Positions 31,256 through 42,436 are shown, counted from the first letter of the stretch. The stretch: DNA of 64,000 bases from an uncultured Planctomycetota bacterium (GCA_963719315.1 CAVRBU010000003.1:400206-464205); one strand, 5' to 3'. The notes: generated by a model not told the origin, from the letters alone. Program-made: numbers and translations.

Positions 31256-32623
31256 ATGACCTTGTCGTCTGACATCACTTCTGGAACTCATGTTGCTGTT
31301 GGCCTCGACAGCGACTACGAAGCGGCGATGAACTCGGTCCGCGATGCGATCGATAACTTTCGCGGTTGCAGCCCGGACGAACGGGCCGCGTTGCAGCGTG
31401 ATCTCGATCAATTGCACGCGATGGCCGAGAAGCTCGCGACGGGCAAAGTTGAGATCGTCGTGTTCGGCGAAATCAGCACGGGCAAGTCGGCACTAATCAA
31501 CGCCTTGGTCGGCGAGGCGGTTGCGGAAGTGAATGTTCGCGGTGGCTGGACGAAGGATGTGTGGAACGTCGGGTGGAAGGGCGCGGGGTATTGTGTGCCA
31601 GGGTTGGCGGATTCACAGGTCATCCTCATTGATACGCCGGGTTTGAACGAAGTCGATGGGGCGCAGCGGGCCGTGATGGCGCATGAGGCGGCCGCCCGGG
31701 CCGATCTGGTGCTGTTCGTCGCCGATTCCGATTTGAATGAAGTCGAGTATTCGGCGCTCGTGGAACTGGCATCCACGCACAAGCCGATCATCTTGGTGCT
31801 CAATAAGGCCGATCTGTATCCGCCGAAGGAGTTGTCGGAGTTAATATCGGTCCTTCGGGGTCCGCGGTTGGCCGGCATTGTCGAACCGGAAAATGTGGTC
31901 ACGGCCAAGGCCGACCCGCGACAGGTGGAGTATTACGTGGAGTCGGCCGATGGCCGCACACGGCAGGAATGGCGGAAGCCGGCGCCGGATGTGGCGGCCC
32001 TGCGGGAACGGATTCTGGAAGTGCTCGCGGTCGAGGGCAAGGCGCTGGTGGCGCTCAACGCCGCGATGTACGCGGCCGACAAGAGCGACCGAATGGGTGC
32101 GTTGCGGGTGCGGATGCGGAACGAAAAGGCGACGGCCACGATCTGGAGCTTCGCCGTGATGAAGGCGCTCGGCGTGGCGTCGAACCCGCTGGCCGTGGCC
32201 GACGTGCTGGGCGGCACGGCCGTCGATGCCGTCATGGTCGTAACGCTCGGAAACGTGTACGGGATTGAAATTACGACGGCCAACGCCCGCGAACTGATCG
32301 CGTCGATCTTGAAGGCGGCCGGCTGGATGATGTTGACGGAAGCGGCGGTGAGTTACACATCGTCGTTCTTCAAAGCGGTGACGGGGGGGTGGGGCACGCT
32401 CATCACCGCCCTACCGCAAGGCGCGGCAGCGGGGTACGGGTCGTACATCGTCGGCCAAGCTGCCCGCTACTACTTCGAGCACGGCGCCAGTTGGGGCCAA
32501 CAGGGCCCGAAGCGGGTGGTCGCCCGAATTTTGGAAAACACCGACAAGAAATCGGTCCTGCAGCGAATCAAGGAGGAGATCAAGAAAAAGATTTCGGTGA
32601 ATCGCTACGCGGGGAAACAATAG
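31256..32623 (+). CDS. Era-like GTPase + DUF697/YcjF domain (paralog)
   Basis: GEISTGKSA, DTPG, NKAD and NPLAVADVLGG. Confidence 0.85.
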   Translation: MTLSSDITSGTHVAVGLDSDYEAAMNSVRDAIDNFRGCSPDERAALQRDLDQLHAMAEKLATGKVEIVVFGEISTGKSALINALVGEAVAEVNVRGGWTKDVWNVGWKGAGYCVPGLADSQVILIDTPGLNEVDGAQRAVMAHEAAARADLVLFVADSDLNEVEYSALVELASTHKPIILVLNKADLYPPKELSELISVLRGPRLAGIVEPENVVTAKADPRQVEYYVESADGRTRQEWRKPAPDVAALRERILEVLAVEGKALVALNAAMYAADKSDRMGALRVRMRNEKATATIWSFAVMKALGVASNPLAVADVLGGTAVDAVMVVTLGNVYGIEITTANARELIASILKAAGWMMLTEAAVSYTSSFFKAVTGGWGTLITALPQGAAAGYGSYIVGQAARYYFEHGASWGQQGPKRVVARILENTDKKSVLQRIKEEIKKKISVNRYAGKQ

Positions 32624-32626
32624 CTC

Positions 32627-32655
32627 TTGCACGGTTATATCAAATAAAGTATAGT
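32627..32655 (+). promoter_or_regulatory. Sigma70-like promoter for the TA operon
   Basis: TTGCAC-17 nt-TATAGT, 11 nt upstream of ATG 32667 (near-leaderless). Confidence 0.6.
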
Positions 32656-32666
32656 CCTAATATAGT

Positions 32667-32948
32667 ATGTGGCGGATCGAGGAACATCGCCGGGTCGACA
32701 AGCAGGTTGCTTCGGCCCCGAAGGAGATTCTGAGACGCTACGAAAAGTGGAAGGACATCGCCGCTTTATCTGGGCCGCCAGGATTGCGCTTGATCAAGGG
32801 ATTTCATGACGAATTATTGCAAGGAAAATGGAAAGGTTATCGATCGTCCCGTCTTGGCGACCAGTGGCGGGTGGTCTACCGTACGGTTGCAAAAGAATTG
32901 TTGTTTCAGGTCGCCTCGATCGCGGCGCACGATGATCGGAGATCGTAA
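32667..32948 (+). CDS. RelE/HigB-family mRNA interferase toxin
   Basis: GFHDELLQGKWKGYRSSRLGDQWRVVY. Confidence 0.85.
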   Translation: MWRIEEHRRVDKQVASAPKEILRRYEKWKDIAALSGPPGLRLIKGFHDELLQGKWKGYRSSRLGDQWRVVYRTVAKELLFQVASIAAHDDRRS

Positions 32949-33209
32949 ATGAGCACTTATCGCCCCGCGAAGAAACGTATTTCGGTGTCGGTGGGACAGT
33001 CGGTACGCATTATCCGGGAACTCCAAGAACTGGGCCAAACTGAATTGTCGAGGCTGACCGGCATTCCGCAATCCACGATCTCAGCAATTGAAAACGACCG
33101 CGTCCGACTGGGCGTGGAACGGGCTAAAGTATTGGCGCGGGCACTGAAGTGTCATCCCGGCGTTCTCGTATTCCCAGGATGGGAGCTTCCACACGACGCT
33201 GTGGCCTAG
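32949..33209 (+). CDS. HigA-like XRE HTH antitoxin
   Basis: LSRLTGIPQSTISAIENDRVRLGVERAKVLARAL; directly downstream of the toxin. Confidence 0.85.
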   Translation: MSTYRPAKKRISVSVGQSVRIIRELQELGQTELSRLTGIPQSTISAIENDRVRLGVERAKVLARALKCHPGVLVFPGWELPHDAVA

Positions 33210-33290
33210 ACTTCCTAGTAGGGCTCATCGCTAGTTGACGCCCTCTTACTATTTTAAAGGAGAGACAAGGAGATTCTTCGTTCAACTCGT

Positions 33291-33860
33291 TCAACTCGTT
33301 CTCCATGTCTTCTTGTCTCCATGTCTCCTTGTCTTCCCTGCCACCGGCGCGGGCCAGAAGGCGGCGGCGAGGGCGACTACGACGAAGATGCCGGCGACCG
33401 ACAAAAGCATCCGGCGGAGGAATCTCCGACCGGCAATTCTTCGCGTGATTTCGTCTGCGTTGGAGGGCTGAAAAACGGGGAATCCCCGCTCTGCCATTGG
33501 CCGGTAATAGGCGATCCAGGCTTCCCACGCCCCGACAGGGGTCTTGATTTGTTCTTCCACCTGATGCTCGCGAAAAACGGGGTCGAATTTCGGGATAACC
33601 GGGTCCAACCACCAGCTCCAAGCGCTCCATCCAAGAAGCCCGGCGACGACAATCAGGCTGGCGGCAACAATGCCTTGGCGTGTGCCCCAACTTTTACTGG
33701 TCCCTGCTTCAGCCACTTTGGCCTGAGGCAGATGGCGGAGTTGTCGCAGCGGGGGGACATCTAATTTGGCGCCGCATCGGCAGGAGACCTGGCCGCCGGC
33801 CTGGCCAACTTCGACGGGCAACGAGTTGCCGCACTCACAGCTAAGTAGATAAGCGGACAT
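33291..33860 (-). CDS. Zinc-ribbon membrane protein
   Basis: CECG...CRCG...VPPLRQLRHL and two TM segments; C-terminus derived from an octamer repeat. Confidence 0.75.
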   Translation of the reverse strand: MSAYLLSCECGNSLPVEVGQAGGQVSCRCGAKLDVPPLRQLRHLPQAKVAEAGTSKSWGTRQGIVAASLIVVAGLLGWSAWSWWLDPVIPKFDPVFREHQVEEQIKTPVGAWEAWIAYYRPMAERGFPVFQPSNADEITRRIAGRRFLRRMLLSVAGIFVVVALAAAFWPAPVAGKTRRHGDKKTWRTS

Positions 33861-34738
33861 GGGTTCGCCGCAGCAATCGCTGCAACTCTCTATTATCAAA
33901 GGAGATGGGGCATCAAATCGAAGCTGAACGGGTGCCTCTGACAACGCTCCATCCGCAACATCTGGAGCGTAGCTCCGGGCGTCCTTCGGCCATTCTTTCA
34001 GACGCTATCACGCCTACCCATCGTAATGATTTTTTCGGTCCTGCCTATGGACTCGAATTTATGGCCGCTTAGAATTGAGAGGCTAAACCTCCCGGTCAAG
34101 GGCAGCAATCACTGTGTCCATGGACGCGGCGCCGCAGGGAGGCCACGCGAAATGACTCCGCGTGGGGCGCGAGCGCTCTGACGGGCGGCAATGACCAGGT
34201 GGCCAGGGCCGAGGGAGGGCAGGACGAATATGGTGCAAGTCCGCCGCCACCGACACCCATGTGCCAGTTCATGGATTGATTTAATGCGAAGTTCGTCTCG
34301 CTATGGCGCGATGAAATTTCGTCCCACCGAATTGCAAACTGTTCCGTGCAACGCATCGACCGCAACCGGCACTAATGGTTCGCGCGGCTCAGAAGATAAG
34401 TAGTAACGATCAGTAAAACTTGAAGTTGGCTGACTCGGCCTGCTCGCCGTAATCTTTTACCAAATGCTGCGACAAGCCAGCCAGCGAACTAGACAGTGTT
34501 AGAATTAGTCATTCACTTCACGGAAATCGGAGCGAGTTCGAAGTTTTTGTTGGAGGAGTTGTAATTGTCGACCGACGTTCGGCTCGATTGTCCGCGTGTC
34601 TCGCAGGGGGTCCTTTACCTACCAAGGCGCCTGCACCCGGCTATCGCACTAAAACGAACGTTGACAGTTCAGGTTCGTGCCTTTTCACCTGTTAATCGTA
34701 ATCTCTCGTTGGCCTAATCAATTGGTAGGAGTGTAATC

Positions 34739-36307
<1,569 letters not shown>

Positions 36308-36334
36308 ACGAATGACTGTTGAAATGCGTCCGCG

Positions 36335-36570
36335 ATGGCAGAGCATCCCAACAAACACATTCGCGCAGCGATTGAATATGCTGAGCAACGTGGTTGGGAG
36401 TTTGTGAAATCGAGCGCCCGGCGCACAGCTACGGCGCACTTTATTGTCCCCATCACGACAGAGACGGTTGTATACTTCAGGTTTTCAGCACACCGAGAAA
36501 TCCTGAAAGCCATGCGCGGTGGATTCGCCGCCAGATCAATCGTTGCCCCCATGTCGGTGGAGGAACGTAG
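36335..36570 (+). CDS. Small HicA-like putative toxin, frameshift near 36419
   Basis: HPNKHIRAAIEYAEQRGW continues in the -1 frame as AHSYGALYC...STPRNPESHA...RCPH; homolog at 59886-60106. Confidence 0.65.
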
Positions 36571-36571
36571 A

Positions 36572-36850
36572 ATGCCAATGTATGATTTTCAACTCGTTCT
36601 TGGAAATTTGGACGTGATGACCGATGAAATCGCCGACTCGCTTTTCGAGGCGGGGTGTGATGACGGTACGCCGTTCAGCAGCCAGGGTGTGGCGGCGATA
36701 GGATTTTCTCGCGAGGCAAACAGCCTGGAGGAGGCCATCCGATCGGCAATTGCCAACGTTAACAATGCCGGCTTCCTGGTTTCCCGGGCCCTGCCGGCGG
36801 ACGAACGCGTATACGAAAAAATCAATCAGGAACTAAGCGCTTCTGAATGA
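36572..36850 (+). CDS. Putative HicB-like antitoxin partner
   Basis: LFEAGCDDGT...FSREANSLEEAIRSAIANV; homolog at 60132-60371. Confidence 0.7.
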   Translation: MPMYDFQLVLGNLDVMTDEIADSLFEAGCDDGTPFSSQGVAAIGFSREANSLEEAIRSAIANVNNAGFLVSRALPADERVYEKINQELSASE

Positions 36851-36885
36851 CAACAATTCAAGGCAACTCGTTTGCCTTCTACCAG

Positions 36886-36920
36886 AGACCGAGGCGTCCC
36901 CGCACGCCCCGGTCTTTTTT
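36886..36920 (+). terminator. Rho-independent terminator
   Basis: agaccgaggcgt-ccccgc-acgccccggtct followed by a T-run. Confidence 0.75.
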
Positions 36921-36931
36921 CGTGTTCTTGA

Positions 36932-36960
36932 TTGACAGCGGATATTCACCGCGTTACATT
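36932..36960 (+). promoter_or_regulatory. Sigma70 promoter upstream of the riboswitch
   Basis: TTGACA-17 nt-TACATT. Confidence 0.75.
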
Positions 36961-36975
36961 GCCTGCGTTCGACGT

Positions 36976-37210
36976 GCGTTGGTGGTCGGTGGCCATTGTT
37001 GGGCTGCCGACGAACAGGGAACCCGGTGCGAATCCGGGACGGCCCCGCCGCTGTAACCGAGCAAACTCGCGAAGCATTCTGTAAAGAGCCATTGCTTCGA
37101 AGTAGTAGGCACGCTCCGCCGTGCCGTGACGGCATTCGGAGAATGCCTGCTACTTTGGGCGAGAAGGCTGGCTTCGTGACGGCTCGGGAGTCAGAAGACC
37201 TACCAACGCG
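36976..37210 (+). ncRNA. Cobalamin (B12) riboswitch
   Basis: AACAGGGAACCCGGTGCGAATCCGGGACGGCCCCGCCGCTGTAA core; GAGCCATTG...GAGAAGGC; B12-box AGTCAGAAGACCTACC; P1 gcgttggt/accaacgc. Confidence 0.93.
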
Positions 37211-37316
37211 TGGCATGTGGTTGGCTGCGAGGGACGGCCTCTGCGAGCGTTTGATCTTTTAGGTTGCGATTTTCGCGCCGGTGTTCCGTTTTGGCTGCGC
37301 TTGTCGCAATTGCAAA

Positions 37317-38241
37317 ATGCAAATTGCAAATTGCAAATTGCAAATTCGTCAGTTGCTGCGCGGCCGGTGTAGCGATGTAGGGGCCGCAAGCCGAGAGGCC
37401 CATCGTCGGCCTCGGCTCGGTCGACCCACTGCGCTTACGCTCATCGAGCTGCTGGTCGTTATGGCGATCATCGGTGTACTGGTGGCGATGTTGATGCCGG
37501 CGGTGCAGGCGGCGCGCGAGGCCGCCCGACGGCGCAGTGTCAGAACAATCTGCGGCAGATCGGTGTGGCGCTGCACGTATATCACGATGCGCACCAGCAA
37601 TTGCCGGTAGGTTGCGTCGATAAGCGCGTGCCGAAGTCGAATCCCAACGGCCGGCAACTGGCCTGGTCGGCCGAGCTTCTGCCGCATTTGGAGGAGCAGC
37701 CACTATGGCAGCGGATCGACTTCGGTGCGCCCTACGATAGCGCGGCCAACGCGACGCCCGCGGCGGCCGTGGTCAGCGTTTATCTGTGCCCGAGCACGGT
37801 GCGTTGGGCCGCCGGCCGCGACGGCGCGATCGTCGGCAACACCGGGGCGGCCGGCAGCGCGTTTCGCGCGGCGGCCATCGACTACGGCGGCATCTACGGC
37901 GCGGCACAAGTGTCGCCCGCTGCCAACGGCGTTTTTCTCTACGACCGCGCGGTGAAATTCTCGGAGATCTCCGACGGAACCTCACACACGCTGGCCCTGG
38001 CCGAGGACACGGGCCGCGGTTGGCTCATGGATGGCGAATGGATCAACGGCGAGAACATTTACGATGTCAGTAACCCGATCAACACGCAGCAGCATAACGA
38101 AATCTGGAGCGACCACCCGGGCGGCGCGATGGTGCTGTGGTGCGACGGCGGGGCAACGTTGCTGGCCGAGACGATTGGACTGCCCGCGTTCGCGCGATCT
38201 GTACGCGGGCCGGTAACGATGCGACGAGCGATACGAGGTAA
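37317..38241 (+). CDS. DUF1559 prepilin-type (type IV pilin-like) protein, frameshifts near 37531 and 38188
   Basis: [52 protein letters not shown] and [14 protein letters not shown] (H-X9-DG); start uncertain. Confidence 0.85.
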
Positions 38242-38262
38242 ACCGTTCGCATACAAGACAAG

Positions 38263-38330
38263 TCTCACGCAGAGGCGCAGGGGACGCGGAATGCAACTAC
38301 CGCGGCAATCTCTCCGCGCCTCTGCGTGAG
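38263..38330. repeat. Inverted repeat element
   Basis: tctcacgcagaggcgcagg ... ctccgcgcctctgcgtgag. Confidence 0.75.
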
Positions 38331-38349
38331 GCCAACAAAGGAGTTTTTC

Positions 38350-39576
38350 ATGAATGCGGCAAAATATTGGATGGTCGTTGGCGGAGTTGTCGTTTTGTTG
38401 GCGTCTGAAACAGCAGCAGCGCCGCCGGGGTTCGTGAAATCGACGATTCCACTCGGCGCACCGCCGGTGGGCGTGGCGTTTGCCGCGGATGGCAGGCTAT
38501 TCGCCCTGGAAGGCGCGGCGTTTGGCGACAGCGAGGCGACGCTCAAAGTGATTGACCCGGACGGATCGTTTTCAGCCAACTTCGCCGTGATGGGCGACGA
38601 CATCAGCAATTTTTTCGTCGGCGGCATGGCCTACGACCCGATCGGCGATCGTGTGCTGATTACGGATAACACATCCGATGGCCGGTTGTACGCGGTCGAT
38701 GCGGCTGGTGTGAAACAAACCATCGGGATGGGCATTGCGGGAATCGCCGGCGTGGCGGTTCGCAGCACGGGCCAAATCTTCGTGTCCACTGCCCCCTTTG
38801 GCAGCCCGGGGGAAGTGCTGCAAGTGGATCGGACGACGGGCGTTACAACGCCGGTGCTGGGCGGGCTCGGTTATGGAGCGGGCATGGCATTCGATCCCGG
38901 CGGTAATCTCATCGTGCAGGATGCCAGCACCGCGACGTTTCTTGGTAGGCTGCAACGCTTGCCGATGACGGACTCGGCGGGCGTGCTAACGTTGGAAACG
39001 CCCGAACCCCTGCTCGATGGCATGCAATCGAGCGCCGGCTTGAGCGTAACAAGTGACGGCACGATTTTCACGACCGGCAACGGCGGCCTGTTTCGCGTGA
39101 GCGGCACGCCATTGGCCGAAACGTCATTCGACGCCAACGGCAGTGCATTCCAGTTCGCGACCGCGATCGCGTTCGACCCGGGTTCGCAGCCATTCGATGG
39201 TTTTTCCGGACCGGACGGCGGCCGGCTGGCCTACATGGCCGACTTCGGCTTCGCCTCGCAAGATTCGTTCGTCACGTTGCTAACGCCTGCCGAGCCGGGC
39301 GATTACAACGGCGACGGGCACGTCACTGCGACCGATTACGCTGTGTGGCGGGCTGCTTACGGCACTAGTGATCCGTCGGCCGACGGGAGCCGTGATGGCA
39401 CAGTGGACGCGACGGATTATGTGCTTTGGCGGAAGCATTTGCCGACGGCGGGACAAAACACATCTGTTGCCGTCGGTACGAGCGTGCCAGAACCTGTAGC
39501 GATAAGTCCCGCAATTTTCGTAATTCTCTCAATCGCTTTGAGAGCTAACCGAAATTTCGGAATTAGGCATGGGTAA
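38350..39576 (+). CDS. Secreted beta-propeller-like (NHL/SMP-30-like blades) protein with dockerin-like repeat and PEP-CTERM
   Basis: Repeated GVAFAADGRLF / GMAYDP / GVAVRSTGQIF / GMAFDPGGNLI blades; GDYNGDG; VPEP; AAGGAG RBS. Confidence 0.8.
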   Translation: MNAAKYWMVVGGVVVLLASETAAAPPGFVKSTIPLGAPPVGVAFAADGRLFALEGAAFGDSEATLKVIDPDGSFSANFAVMGDDISNFFVGGMAYDPIGDRVLITDNTSDGRLYAVDAAGVKQTIGMGIAGIAGVAVRSTGQIFVSTAPFGSPGEVLQVDRTTGVTTPVLGGLGYGAGMAFDPGGNLIVQDASTATFLGRLQRLPMTDSAGVLTLETPEPLLDGMQSSAGLSVTSDGTIFTTGNGGLFRVSGTPLAETSFDANGSAFQFATAIAFDPGSQPFDGFSGPDGGRLAYMADFGFASQDSFVTLLTPAEPGDYNGDGHVTATDYAVWRAAYGTSDPSADGSRDGTVDATDYVLWRKHLPTAGQNTSVAVGTSVPEPVAISPAIFVILSIALRANRNFGIRHG

Positions 39577-40332
39577 AATGAAACCGCTGCCTAGCCAAAC
39601 GGTCAGCACGCATGCTTGAGTAAGATAGAAGGCTAGTAGAATCGACAAGGGCTCTGCGCCGGCACCGCCTGCCCCCATGCTGACGGTCAAAAGAGTGTAG
39701 CCGAACGCGCCCAGCAGAACGGCGAGACCGAGAACGCTTGCCAATCGAAAGACCCAATGCCAAGAAAAGCTCCACAGAAAAACGCTCGCGAGAGCTAGCG
39801 CTACGTAACTGCACGCAAATGCGATATTGAGCCATTCGCCACCGCGAAAGAACAAATTATTACGCATCAGAGTGGACAATACCGCGACAATTGTCATCAC
39901 AATGAGTAGATGCGCAAGAGAATATTGCCAGGTGTGAACCAAACGACTTCGTCGCCGCCAAAAACTTGTTCGCTGCAAAAACCAAATAGATGCCATTAGC
40001 AACACAACATGTAGTCCGTAATACCCCAGACAGGATGTGAGAACATTCTTACTCGGAAACTGCGCTTGCATTTGAGTAAAACTCACAGTCACTAACGCTG
40101 CGACCACGGTTGTAGTTAGGGGCAGCGTCAACTTCCATACGATTTGCGTCGAGCTCATTGCAGACCAAATGCATACGAGACTTAGCTGGGCAAAAACCAG
40201 CGCATGAAAAGCTACGACAACGTAGCCAGTAGATGGAGATCGTTCGCTTGCCATCCATGTTAGAACTATGGCATCGACGCAAAGCGTCGCCGCGAGCAGT
40301 AGCCAGAAGATGACGGGCGATCGTTGCGGCAT
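39529..40332 (-). CDS. Hypothetical polytopic membrane protein
   Basis: About eight hydrophobic segments; WQYSLAHLL motif. Confidence 0.7.
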   Translation of the reverse strand: MPQRSPVIFWLLLAATLCVDAIVLTWMASERSPSTGYVVVAFHALVFAQLSLVCIWSAMSSTQIVWKLTLPLTTTVVAALVTVSFTQMQAQFPSKNVLTSCLGYYGLHVVLLMASIWFLQRTSFWRRRSRLVHTWQYSLAHLLIVMTIVAVLSTLMRNNLFFRGGEWLNIAFACSYVALALASVFLWSFSWHWVFRLASVLGLAVLLGAFGYTLLTVSMGAGGAGAEPLSILLAFYLTQACVLTVWLGSGFILPMPNSEISVSSQSD

Positions 40333-40379
40333 GGAAATCGTCAACGCGGCGCTTGCGGCGAGAATGACCACACCGATTC

Positions 40380-40508
40380 TGCCCCGGAAGGGCAAAAGAT
40401 AATAGCCCAGGGCAAGGCACGGCGAGCGCCGCGAGCTTTGCCGCAGCTCTGGGTTAGGCTGTACCCAGGGCTTCGTCCTGGGCTATCATATTTTGGCCCT
40501 TCAGGCCT
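40380..40508. repeat. REP-like palindromic element (gccc..gaagggc / agcccagggc family)
   Basis: gaagggcaaaagataatagcccagggc ... ctgggctatcatattttggcccttc. Confidence 0.7.
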
Positions 40509-40543
40509 GACGAACTCTGGAAGCTGTCGAACTTGGATCACCC

Positions 40544-41392
40544 GTGCCCAGTGCCTCGCTCATTGAAAAGTGCTGCCTAATTGCCAATCCGGCGGCGGGG
40601 AATCCTACTCAGTACCTCGTCGAGCAGGCGTTCGAGCGGGCCGGTCTCGATTGGCGGTTCATGACGTTCGAGGTCGAGCCGCCGTCGCTCGGCGACGCCA
40701 TGCGGGGAATTCGCGCGCTCGGCTTTCATGGCCTGAAAGTCGGCGACCCTTTTAAGGAGTCGGTCCTCGAGCACGTCGATGACCTCACCGACGCCGCGCG
40801 GCGAAGCGGTTCGGTCAACTGCATTACGGCGACGAATGAGCGACTGATCGGCGACAACACGGAAGGTGTGGCACTCGTGTCGCTCGTTCGACAACAAGCC
40901 GATCCGGCCGGGCGGAACGCAGTGATCGTCGGCGCCGGCCGGCTCGCCCGGGCGGTGGCGATGGAGCTCGCGGCCGCGGGCGTTACGTCGATTACCATCA
41001 CCAGCCGCAACCCCACCGCCGGGCAGCAATTGGCGGAGTCGATTCAGAGACAGTCCTCGGCGACGGCGGCGTTCGTGCCACTAGCCGGAGCCGTCGCGAT
41101 CGATGCCGACACTGCGGTGCTCGTAAACGCCACGTCGCTCGGCTCAACGAAGCCGGAGGCCAAGCTGCCGTTGGACATCGAATCGTTCGGGCCGAAACTC
41201 GTGGTCGTCGAAGCGGCGTACAACACATCGAGGACCTGGTTGACATCGCAGGCGGCTCAGAAGGGCTGCCCGATCATCGATGGCCTTTCGATCTACGTCG
41301 AACAAACGGCGCTCGCCATGCAACGGTGGACAGGCACCATGCTGGACACGACCGCGATGCGGGAAGCGGCGGAAGAGTTTTTGGGAATTTAA
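40544..41392 (+). CDS. aroE: Shikimate dehydrogenase
   Basis: SGSVNC, IGDNTEG, VGAGRLA, VNATSLG and DGLSIYVEQ; several catalytic-motif residues are divergent. Confidence 0.8.
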   Translation: MPSASLIEKCCLIANPAAGNPTQYLVEQAFERAGLDWRFMTFEVEPPSLGDAMRGIRALGFHGLKVGDPFKESVLEHVDDLTDAARRSGSVNCITATNERLIGDNTEGVALVSLVRQQADPAGRNAVIVGAGRLARAVAMELAAAGVTSITITSRNPTAGQQLAESIQRQSSATAAFVPLAGAVAIDADTAVLVNATSLGSTKPEAKLPLDIESFGPKLVVVEAAYNTSRTWLTSQAAQKGCPIIDGLSIYVEQTALAMQRWTGTMLDTTAMREAAEEFLGI

Positions 41393-41431
41393 CGCGGGGG
41401 AATTTGCCACGGAGGGCATCGAGAAGAAGAC

Positions 41432-41512
41432 ATTTGTCATTGGTAATTTGTAATTTGAAATTGGTCATTTCGGAAATGGCCAATGACAAATGACAAATTT
41501 GCAATGACAAAT
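41432..41512 (+). repeat. 81-bp palindromic heptamer element, copy C
   Basis: Near-identical to 22345-22425; outer arms ccacggagggca / tgcctccgtgg. Confidence 0.9.
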
Positions 41513-41569
41513 TCCATTTGCTTCTTTGTGCCTCCGTGGTGAATTCCTCCGGCTTGCTGTGGAAAGCGC

Positions 41570-42289
41570 ATGGCCGGGGGTTTGTTCATCACTGGAACCG
41601 GGACGGGCGTCGGCAAGACGTATGTTGCAGCGTTAATCGCTCGTGCGCTGGGCGAAGCTGGTAAGCGTGTGGGTGTGTATAAGCCCGTCGCCAGTGGATG
41701 TGAAATGCGCGGCGGGCGGTTGGTTTCGCCGGATGCGGTCGCGCTGTGGGAAGCCGCGGGGCAGCCGGGGACGTTGGACGCGGTGTGCCCGCAAGTGTTC
41801 GCCGCACCGCTGGCGCCGCATTTGGCCGCTCGGGGCGAAGGCCGCCGCGTGGACGCGGCCCTGTTGCGAAGTGGCCTCGATTACTGGCGGGAGACGAATG
41901 ATATCGTGCTCGTGGAAGGTGCGGGCGGGCTGATGTCGCCGATCAGCGACGAGGATTACAACGCCGACCTTGCGGAAGCGTTCGGCTATCCGCTCGTCGT
42001 CGTGGCGGCGAATGAATTGGGAGCGATCAACGCCACGCTGCAAACATTAATTACGGCCAGCACGTATTGTCGGACACGGAGCGAGGAGCGAGGAGCGAGG
42101 AGCGAGAGCGACCTTCGCGTCGCCGGCATCGTGCTGAATTCGCCCCTCGCGGTCGTCGATTCAAGCTGTGAGAGCAATGCGGATGAACTGGCTCGGCGGT
42201 GCGTTCCGCCGCTGTTGGCGGTCGTGGAGCACGGTGGTGGCTTCGATCGCGCCGTGAATTCGGCGCTTGTAGGTCAGGCTTCAGCCTGA
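41570..42289 (+). CDS. bioD: Dethiobiotin synthase
   Basis: FITGTGTGVGKT, YKPVASG, VEGAGGLMSP and LGAIN. Confidence 0.93.
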   Translation: MAGGLFITGTGTGVGKTYVAALIARALGEAGKRVGVYKPVASGCEMRGGRLVSPDAVALWEAAGQPGTLDAVCPQVFAAPLAPHLAARGEGRRVDAALLRSGLDYWRETNDIVLVEGAGGLMSPISDEDYNADLAEAFGYPLVVVAANELGAINATLQTLITASTYCRTRSEERGARSESDLRVAGIVLNSPLAVVDSSCESNADELARRCVPPLLAVVEHGGGFDRAVNSALVGQASA

Positions 42290-42403
42290 CGCACGCCGCG
42301 GTGGGTGGCATGCTCTCGCGGCGCTTTGGCCGCGTGAGCATGTGACTCATCGTGGCTGCTGAGCATGCTCACGCCGCGGCAGCGAGAACATGCCACCCAC
42401 CAC
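42269..42403. repeat. REP (gtaggtcaggcttcagcctgac) plus long inverted repeat
   Basis: gtgggtggcatgctctcgc ... gcgagaacatgccacccac between convergent genes. Confidence 0.75.
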
Positions 42404-42436
42404 AGAGATTTGGACGGAAAGGATTGTCCGTCCCAC

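Noticed and set aside
36335..36850. Single 171-aa fused ORF
   Set aside because: Comparison with 59886-60371 shows two genes joined by a frameshift.
36855..36885. Possible orphan copy of the sigma gene 3' end after the TA pair
   Set aside because: Similarity is too short and degenerate to distinguish from chance.
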